64,000 nucleotides of DNA from Mytilus trossulus (Eukaryota): assembly GCF_036588685.1 (NCBI RefSeq), contig NC_086379.1, positions 4,464,001-4,528,000 of the forward strand, given 5' to 3'. Below the pieces are notes generated by a model. The model did no database searches. It worked only from the letters and a program-made list of their open reading frames with translations, and was not told where the DNA came from. This document shows positions 54,532 through 64,000 of the stretch, in pieces. The position numbers were made by a program, and so were the translations under genes. Each line of letters opens with the position of its first letter. The first letter of the stretch is position 1.

Positions 54532-55097
54532 GGGGGCTCCTGGGTATCAATCTTTTTTTTTTTCTAATCTAGGATTTTGCTATATTTTCCCCTTATTAAA
54601 CTTTATCCTATACCTTAAAGAAAAATTAAATAAAAATGTGGGGTCACCGTTCATTTTAGCTCACAATCTGCCATCGAAAAAAGCATGCATTTTTGTTTAG
54701 GTACTTTTTTTCTGTTAAACTAATAGGAGAAAAAAAGGTAAAATCGAAATGACAAAGAACCTAATATAAGAAATTGCTTAAATTTTACAATTGTTTAGTT
54801 TATATTCAGCTTATTTGAAAAAAATAATAGAAAATATAGGTCACCGATGAGTTTAAAAAGATATTTTAATTTTAATGCCAAAAAATCTCCTTTTTTCACC
54901 AAAGGGAGACAATTTGGAGCTTTTTCAATGATATCAAAAAAAATTTTAAAATCATTTGGGGCTAAAACGCCTTGATTTTTAGGGTTGATTTTTTTAACCA
55001 TATCATAATGTTACAACTAATAATGTAATGCATAAAATTTGTTATGAAAAAAAATAATGTTTAAATATTTGCTATTTTTTTGTACCCACGAGCCTCC
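54532..55097. mobile_element. Kolobok-type MITE
   Basis: TTAA|GGGGGCTCCTGGGTA…TACCCACGAGCCTCC|TTAA. Confidence 0.75.
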
Positions 55098-56205
55098 TTA
55101 AGACCCCGAAACTGTATTCCAAAAGAGTGTAATGAGTAAAAACACCCCGAAGTCATAAAAGCTTAAGTTTAACTTTCACTCGATTTTAATCGTAAGATTT
55201 ATTCGCATGAGATCTAATCATTTGCTAATAGCTACATGCATAGACACATTTTTAGTTTTAAAAATAGTTAAGTTCTTAGAAAATAAATCCAAACACGATT
55301 TTATCTACAACCATTATAGAAATTAATGGCTTACTTTGACCGACATTTTAAAGGTTTTAAAAATGTTAAAAGTGCAAATGTTTCATGCATCTTCATCAGA
55401 ATTTACTATAGGATTAAACACATTATTCTAGAGGTTATTGATGTGTAAACCGGGGCGATTAACTCACAACCTGAATAAAAGTCCGAAGGACTTTTATGTT
55501 GAGTTTGTTAGTAAGAGCCTTATAACTCTTCAGCCAAACATTTGTGATATTTAATAAACATTGTTTTTTATGGATACTATATACATTTATCAACAAAGGC
55601 ACAACGGCAAGTCGCACCTAAGGAGTATGCCGCCATCTTGACCTCATAAAAACCATAAATGTCCGATAAATACAACGGAATCTTAAATTGAATAGCACCT
55701 ACCTCAAAAACTTCATTTTCATTAAATGTTATCCGAATTTGAAATGTTCAAGTGACGAAATAATCTTTCCCTTGAAAATTTCTATTCGTATGACGTCGTT
55801 TTTTGCCATTACGTAAATTCGCCTAATCCCTCATGAAATTTCGCGTTTTTTTCAAAGTTTATTTTTATACATTTTCAAAGCTTTAGTGCATTAAAACATA
55901 TTTCTTTTTTTGTTATATACGCACTAGAATAGTCACAACAAATCTCAATTTGCTGAAAATCCTGGGATCACTGCAAGCTTGTGTATCGCGCATGAATAGA
56001 TTACAAAAGTAGTTTCGGAAACATGGTTTATCGAAGTGTAAACTTAGAATCTTAGAGAAAAATTCTCATTGACCAATCCAATTCAAGTATTCATAGATAT
56101 GCAAATCATATAAGAATTATTTAACATTGTTTGTTGCATCGCGGTTGAACTCCAATCTATCTTGAAACTTTTGAAATATAATAAATAAGAAATCTGTTAA
56201 ATTAC

Positions 56206-56882
56206 AAACATTCATTTACAAAGCAAATTCAAATGCTCAAAAGCATCTGACCAAATTGGACAGTAAGAAAGGAACGCAATATTGATTGATTGATTGATTT
56301 ATTGTTGCTGTTTTAGCGCCACGTTTGAGCGTCACATTTTCGTGGCGATCATTTTTATAGGTGAAGGAAACCTGATTGCCCGGAGATAACCAACGACCTT
56401 TTGTAGGAAAACTGACAGTCCTAGTCAGTTAAGATTGGAGTCCAGTGCATCCCGAGTAATTGAACACATGGTTCAAATCTTTTTTGTGGTAAATGACGAC
56501 ATAGATCGGCACCTAATCACGGAAATGAGAATAAGTATTTTAATATCTGCAAATACATTAAAAAATCTAAGCAGACCATGGTTAAGTTTAAGTTCTCATA
56601 CCTTTTTTTTTAATTTTCGGGTGGAAATCCGATTTTGAAATAACAACAATTCCTGAACAAAAAAACTCCAGTTTTTGCCTTTTATCCTACATGATTGAAA
56701 TAGGGAAATAGCAAATTAGACCATTTTTTTTTTACCACGGTACAGTGTGTCCAATAGTATTATATATGGAAAATGCATGGCCTTATATCATTTCTTTTGT
56801 TGACTAGTATATCAAGCGTCTTTCAATACATAATAGCTCAGAGTACACATGTAGTTTAACAAATGGCATGAATGTAGCACAG
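56206..56882 (+). repeat. Intronic segment paralogous to 26859-27815
   Basis: Colinear similarity including a shared embedded SINE-like fragment and both of its flanks. Confidence 0.9.
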
Positions 56883-56928
56883 TTTTAATTAGTACAATTG
56901 AATCAAGTGGATTTAAACAAATGTTGAT

Positions 56929-57499
56929 TGTGATGTTACATGACCCAAAATCAAAGAACACTATAAATTTAGATATGTTTATTCCTCCTTCTACTGAGGG
57001 TAAAAGACTACAAAAAAGAAAATAACACAATGTAAATGACAAGCAAACATACATGTATCAATCATAAGTCATTTATAACAAACAATCAATATCAAACATA
57101 AAAATATTGGATGAATAACGCCGACTTTATACTAATAAAATCTTGAAAAAAAAAACTTATTACGATTCACACGTTCCATACAGTGAAAATTAAAAAATCT
57201 GACATGACCCATGTAATCAACTCATTTGACGATTCGCACTTTTCATACAGTGATTTGAACAACGTGATTTGTGTGTGAAATAATTCAAAGCGCATACTTT
57301 TTAATCAGTAAAAATACTTATGTAAACTTTATCTAACAATAGTTTTAAGATAAATAAATGTAAAGAACTTACTCTATGGCACTTATAACCAGCAAATATA
57401 AGTGTTGAAAGCAGAACAAATTTGACAGGAAATGTGTCTGACATTACAAAAAATACTAATAAAGGAAACAAATCGGAAATCCGTTCCGGTAACATTACA
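56929..57499 (-). repeat. 3' LTR (571 bp)
   Basis: TGTGATGTTAC…GTAACATTACA terminal inverted repeats; adjacent polypurine tract on the minus strand. Confidence 0.92.
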
Positions 57500-57760
57500 C
57501 TTTCCTTCCGATATTTCTAACTGAAAATCGCTTTCAAAAATTAACTCGTTTATCTTTAATTACATGATAAAAAATTATTACTTCTATAGCATGTTAAACT
57601 TGAAAAACTAGAGAAAAGATGTGTGATACATTGTTACTCACAATACACATACATTAAAAAAATGACAATGAATGAACATAGAAAAATCATACTAAATTTC
57701 TTAAAAATCTCAATATTTATCTATAATATAAACCACTTGCAATTGTCGAACTGAAGAGTT

Positions 57761-60700
57761 TTAAGATGCTTCAATCAATCGAACCAATTCGCGTATTGGT
57801 CTCACATACGACTCCCTTTGTCCATCATCGACTATAGACACTTGGACCTTTCTAACTTTAGAATCATCACTTTCAAATACTTTGTCAATAACACCACTTC
57901 TAGAAAGCTCGGTCTTCCGCATGAGAATGACATCACCTTCAAGGAAATTATCACCTCCAGATTTCCATTCCGGACGAGCCTGAAGGCTATCGATGTACTC
58001 TGTTTTCCAACGAGACCAGAATTGATCGGCTAGATACTGAACAAGTTCCACTGGCTTCGCATCGCAACCTTTGTTCCGAATTCGACTTGTCCAAGAGATC
58101 CACTTGACGACGCAGGCTTCTGAGTTAAAAGAAGAGATGGCGAAAGAACTGACGGGTTTTCAGGATCACTAGAAACTGGAACCAATGGCCTCGAATTGAC
58201 AATGGCACTGACTTCGCAAATTAATGTTGAAACTACTTCATGTGTTAAATCCTTGAACTTATTTTGCAATAACAATGAATCTAGAATACGTCTACATGAG
58301 CCTATCATGCGCTCCCACACACCACCAATCCAAACTATTTCATTGTCTGATAAAAACTGCTTCATCGGAGTGTCTTCAACGAATTCTGATACAATATTAA
58401 GCTCCTTCGCAGCACCCAACGTTTGTTTGAAGAACTTGCTGCACGTGCTCGACGGACAATAACTTGCCATGGACCGAAAACATCTGAACCTATATAAGTG
58501 AACGGTGCATCAACTTGTAACCTGTCAGCTGGCAGGTCTGCCATTTGAGTCCAACCTAACTTGACACGTAATTTCCTGCAAAGTACACAATTATGAATGA
58601 CACTATTGACTTTTCGCTTAACGCCTTATATCCATAAACCAGCAGAACGAATTGCGCCTTCGGTCATTGTCCTGCCCTGATGTTGAACTTTCGCATGATA
58701 ATGTCTTATGAGAAGAATTGTGACATGGTGGTTTCTCGGTATGATATACGGATGTTTGTCTAGTGGCAAGTCTGCAGTATTATCGCCCTTAGTAAGCATA
58801 GGTCTGATACGACCTCCAACTCGCAAGACACCATTGTTATCTAAGATTGGGTTGAGTGATATTAACGAACTATTCTTCGGTAAATTCTGACCAAATCCTA
58901 TTGCCTCAAGTTCCGTGTGAAAACCTTCGTTTTGCACATGTTTTAAAGCCACAAGTTCAGCTTTCTCTGTTGTAACAGCTGATGTGTCGCCACTTTTTCT
59001 ACACATGCAACCTTTCAGAAGTCGAACCAAACAAACTAATTTTGACCACTTAGAAAATTTATCAATACTGTTACATAACAGACAAGATGTAGATACATGT
59101 AGAGTTGATTTAGCCGTTGAAATAACAGTCCTTACTTCCTTATCAATATCGGGATCCACTAACGGGAAATTCAGATCATCGGTAGTTTTTAAATTCGTTG
59201 TTAGGCAACTCGGACCTCTTATCCATTTGCTTGATGGTAAATCACTAGCAGAGAACGGGCGTGTTGCAAGATCAGCTGGATTTTCTTTAGTCGGGATATG
59301 ATTCTATTGTTTGGGCATACTAAAAGCTCTGATTCGGCCTACACGGTTTGCGACATACACAAAAAAATCTTTTTTCATCGTTTGAAATATAGCCAAGTAC
59401 TATTTGGCTGTCAGTATAGAAATGAAAGTCTTCATCGTCTATGTCTAATTGATCTTTAATAATATCTGCTATGTCTATTCCAAGCACAGCAGCACATAGT
59501 TCAAGACGGGGTATAGTATGTCCGTGCTTCGGAGCAACCTTCGTTTTTTCCAATAAGGAATCCTATATCACTAGTTTCTCATGAGAAAACCTTTAAATAC
59601 GCAACGGCGGCTACAGCTTCCTTTGATGCATCACAAAAACATGATCTTCTAACCTACTTGCATTCTCAACTGAATAAATACAATACAGTCTTGGAATACA
59701 CAAATCACAAAGGTTCTTCAACGAGTCAACCCATAATTTCCAGCGTTTATGAAAATCTTCCTCTAGCGGATCATACCAGTCGGTAGATGAAGAGCATGAC
59801 ATAATCTAGCGTAGCAATAACTTTCCTTCTAGAGTTACTGGTGCGGTAAAACCAATGGGGTCGAATAAGTTGTTGATAGTAGAGAGCATCCCACGCCGCG
59901 TGAATGGCTTCGGTTCTGTATCGACACTAAATACAAAGGCATCTAAATTAATGTCCCATGATATGCTTGGACTTCTTTGCAACGGTAAACTTTCTTCGTC
60001 AATGTCAATGTTTTTCAAGTCTTTCGCAAGATCATCTTTAGCAAATTGTTTAAGTACTTCTGTTGAGTTCGACGCGATTTTGTGTAGTCTTAATCTGCCG
60101 CCTTTCATCAATTCACTTTGTGTATTCTTCACTAAATCAACGACTTCGCACACACTTGAACAACTTATTATATAGATATAGGAAGATGTGGTGTGAGTGC
60201 CAATGAGACAACTCTCCATCATTATTAGTCCATCATCGACGTAGAAGTTCTTAGATACAAATTTCTGAACGTCTAGAGATGCGATTTGACAGATCTACGC
60301 AAACCATATGTGGCAACAGCTGGTGAAGGGTTGTTGCCAAATACATGAACTGTCATTCTAAACTCCTCCAGAGGTTTACTTAAATCACTATTTGGGTGCC
60401 ATATATAAGAAACGAAGATAGTTGCGATGATCGGTCTTAACACGGAAGTTATGAAACATTTGTTCAACATCAGCGGTTACTGCAACGCGTTCACGACGAA
60501 ACCTAAGCAGAACTCCTTGAAGACTATTCGACAAGTCTGGACCCGACATTAACACATCATTGAGGTCTACACCTCTAAATTGAGCGGACGAATCAAAAAC
60601 AACTCTGATAGATTCTGGATTTCGAGGATGGTATACCCCGAACATGGGCAAATACCATCGCTTATCATTCGGTTATAGACTTGGTGCTTTTTCAGCATGA

Positions 60701-63323
60701 CCACGTTCAAATATTTTGTCCATAAACAACTTCACATGTTCCAACTTAGTAGGAGTACGGCGCAAATTCATGTTAAGAGAATTGGCGCGTTTTAACGCAA
60801 GAGCTTTATTATCTGGCAATGGTTGAATATTCTTACGAAATGGCAAAGGTGCGGTCCAATGCCCATCAGTATCTTTTTCAAACTCGTAGTCCATTAACCC
60901 TTAGAAAACGTGTATCGTCCACTGAAAGTCCTATTTTGTTATCCTTATCTATTTTTATGAATAAATCGGTTTCAACCTTAATTTTACTTTGACAAGGTTC
61001 TAATAATGTTGGTCGACCGCTTTTGTTGATGTATGTTTTGTATACAGTTATTTCAGGCATATGTGCATTTCCAAGGCAGACTTGTCCAACAATGACCCAA
61101 CCTAAGGATAACTTTTGTGCAAATGGGAGCCGGTCTCCCTCAGTTCTCTGATCTAATACATAATGCACTGCAGATATGTCTCGACCAATTAATAGCTCTA
61201 TTTCTATGTCTTCCATCACTTTAGGAATATATTGGGATATTGGTTTGAGATGGGGATATTGAAAGGCAATTTCAGGAGACGGAATCTCGTCTCGGTTGCA
61301 AGAAATGTCATTACATTCTATAATGTTTGGCAATTTAAACATACAACTTCCATTTAAAGACTGATCAAAATATCCAGTTCCTTCCCTACCACTTGCTTGA
61401 ACCTTACCAGCACAAGAAATCAACGAATAATTAATAGCAGGTCCATGATCCTGGAATGCGTTAAAGAGATTAGATGTTGCTAATGTATGCGAACTCTGAT
61501 CATCAATCATTGCGTAGACAATACGATGTTTTTCAGGCATGTTGTGATTTACAATTTTTACCGGAATAATTTTGGCGCAAGATTTGCTTGTATTTTCAGG
61601 ATACCCTTAAAACCTGTGTACACGTCACCTTAACATCATCACCAGAGTCTTTGGTCCCCTCCCCTTCTTGGACTGAGACCTCCACATGAAGTGCTGTGGG
61701 ATGTGATTGACTCTTACATATAGCACATTTAATATTGTCACATTTACAGTTTGCAGCCCTATGCTTTGTTGGACCACAACATTTGAAACAAATACTGTTT
61801 GTTAGAATAAAGTTTCGTCTTTCCGATAAGGGTTTCTTCCGGAATGCCGTACAATCATTAAGAAGATGATTTGTCTTGTGTATCGGGCACAAATTTGCCT
61901 TGTGTTACTCATTGTTTCTTTTTCTTTCCTCAATTGTTTCTGTTTTATGAGTAGAATTGTTCACATTTCTGTACGATTTCCTACACGTGCGATCTTGTTC
62001 GCTTGCACTACTTGTTTTCTCATGAGTACCAGTGAGTTGAAAACTTGGGTCATTCTTCATTTTGGCGATTCTCTGTAAGAATTGTTCGAAAAATGTAAAC
62101 GGGGGATAGATAGACACATTGATCTCGTTCCTTGTATCTTGTTGCATCTGTTGTCCATTTCTCACGGAGATTCCATGGCAGTTTGGAAATGAGGAGTCAA
62201 AATACGAAAACAGAATGTTATATTGAGGTTGACATTTTATTGAAGCTATTTCAGAAGCAAGGTCTGCTTACTCATATAAGCGTTTTGGGTCTTGTTTGTC
62301 GATGACCTTGAATGACGAAATTCTTCTTTTTAAGCATGTCTCTATGACTTCTGGCGAACCGAACCTTTGTTCTAGTCGTTCCCAAATTTTCTCAACTGCT
62401 AAACCTGGATTTATCGCATTACATGCACGAATGGTTGACGCCTGTTTTGATGACTCAGGCCCCAGCCAACGTACTAATAAATCGAATTCTTCTGTAGAAG
62501 AAATGTCTAATTCTAGCATGATGCCCTTAAAACTTATTTTCCATGAAACATATAGCATGGGATTATCGTCAAGTGTCGATAGGCGATTTAAGATGAGATC
62601 TTTCTTAATCAAAAAACGACTTAGTCCAGCGGCAGATTGTAAGGTTGAATCATCTATTGTTTTTGGTTTAAATGCTGAAGCAGGTGCATTTAGCATTGAC
62701 ACTGGTTCAATATGACTTGGTTGTTCATAATTATCACTTGTGAACTTTTGGCTAGCCTTGCCATATGGAGTACTAGATGAAAAAGTTACATGGTTGTTGT
62801 TATTAGAATCTGTCTTTGTGTCACTACAAAATCGTTCATCAGAATCTATTTGTTTAACTAAAGTCTGATCATGATCATCTAAACTTAACAGATAGTCACT
62901 TTGAGCACTTTTCAACTCTAACAGTGCCTCTAACTCTGCTGTTTGCTTCCGAATCTCAATCTCAGTTTCTAAACACTTTAATCTAATACGTTTGGCTTCA
63001 AGTTCTTTTGATTGTCTTTGTTGGGTAGCTGTACTAGCTAATGTTACAGAATCTGTACTCACAGATGGTTGTTGTGGCACAGGAGAACCTATGCAACAAG
63101 ATTGTTGCACAGGTAGACTTCTATCAGAAGAAGCCTGAACAGATGAACTTCTTTGTGGAGATGGCTTATTACTAGCATAAACTTGATCAAAGCATTCATC
63201 AAAGTCTGAAAGTAATTGTTTAACCAATTGAATGTTTTTGTCCAATGATTTATCGTAATCATCTCTACTTTCACAAAATGACTGTAATTTGTCTGAAAAC
63301 GCATGTCCTTCAGCTTGACTCAT
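57761..63323 (-). pseudogene. BEL/Pao gag-pol, broken into many ORF fragments
   Basis: ORFs 62268-63323, 61596-61892, 60878-61540, 60388-60651, 59806-60222, 59320-59553, 58626-59159, 58030-58470, 57761-58051 in gag-PR-RT-RH-IN order. Confidence 0.92.
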
Positions 63324-63352
63324 CTTTGCTGTTGCTGTATGAGATCTTTTAC

Positions 63353-64000
63353 TGTGATGTTACATGACCCAAAATCAAAGAACACTATAAATTTGGACAT
63401 ATCTTCAACATGTTCAACTTCGTACTTTTTTTGGCCTTTTTAACTTTTTTGGATTCGAGAGTCACTAATGAGTCTTTTGTAGACGAAACGCGTCTGGCGT
63501 ATATACTAAATTTAGTCCTGGTATCTATGATGAGTTTATTTATTCCTCCTTCTACTGAGGGTGAAAGACTACAAAAAAGAAAATAACACAATGTAAATGA
63601 CAAGCAAACATACATGTATCAATCATAAGTCATTTATAACAAACAATCAATATCAAACATAAAAATATTGGATGAATAACGCCGACTTTATACTAGTAAA
63701 ATCTTGAAAATAAAAAAAACTTTATTACGATTCACACGTTCCATACAGTGAAAATTAAAAAATCTGACATGACCCATGTGATCAACTCATTTGACGATTC
63801 GCACTTTTCATACAGTGATTTGAACAACGTGATTTGTGTGTGAAATAATTCAAAGCGTATACTTTATAATCAGTAAAAATACTTATTTAAACTTTATCTA
63901 ACAATAGTTTTAAGATAAAAAAAAATGTAAAGAACTTACTCTATAACCAGCAAATATAAGTGTTGAAAACAGAACAAGTTTGACAGGAAATGTGTCTGAA
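63353..64000 (-). repeat. 5' LTR (partial) with a ~140-bp hammerhead-repeat insertion at ~63400-63540
   Basis: Matches 56929-57441 apart from the insertion, about ten substitutions and small indels. Confidence 0.92.

Larger units (their letters stand above)
56929..64000 (-). mobile_element. BEL/Pao LTR retrotransposon, full-length but frameshifted (5' LTR runs off the window)
   Basis: LTRs 56929-57499 and 63353->64000; gag with three Cys/His knuckles; protease YAMIDDQS; RT NFYVDDGL; Pao RNase H TIPRLELCAA; integrase; FWSRWKTEY C-terminal motif; PPT at 57500-57510. Confidence 0.95.

Noticed and set aside
56812-57054. Duplicated small ORF MYVCLSFTLCYFLFCSL (also 63385-63615)
   Set aside because: Lies in the two LTRs; no coding evidence.

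Overview
AT-rich animal genomic DNA; the interspersed repeat families look like those of a bivalve, most likely a Mytilus-type mussel (inference from repeat recognition). Hand splicing recovers two + strand, multi-exon receptor genes that the ORF track mostly misses. Gene 1 (8052-31147, 11 exons, 1815 nt, 604 aa, every intron GT-AG and phase-consistent) encodes a signal peptide, an unassigned ~160 aa CCG/LQIWR beta-rich domain, about two cadherin-like repeats, one TM helix, and a tail of five 36-aa repeats each carrying YQDL-x10-YDVM/YDEL (ITAM-like). Gene 2 (37222 to >54167, 8 exons seen, 3' end outside the window) encodes a signal peptide, a C-type-lectin-like domain split by an inserted WSC domain, a second CTL-like domain, and a Ser/Thr stalk. 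The main observation is that the intron before gene 1's TM exon is a diverged paralog of the intron after gene 2's stalk exon. Gene 1 therefore looks like an exon-shuffled chimera: a truncated cadherin-like ectodomain on the TM/signalling tail of the WSC-CTL receptor family. Introns and intergenic DNA hold a satellite built from a splice donor, two minisatellites, a 3-kb CACTG element with a 5-bp TSD, Penelope-like RT remnants with degenerate hammerhead ribozymes, a truncated CR1/L2-type LINE, Helentron-type and Kolobok-type non-autonomous elements, and a decayed BEL/Pao LTR retrotransposon. No tRNA, rRNA or CRISPR was found. All gene models are manual and lack transcript support.
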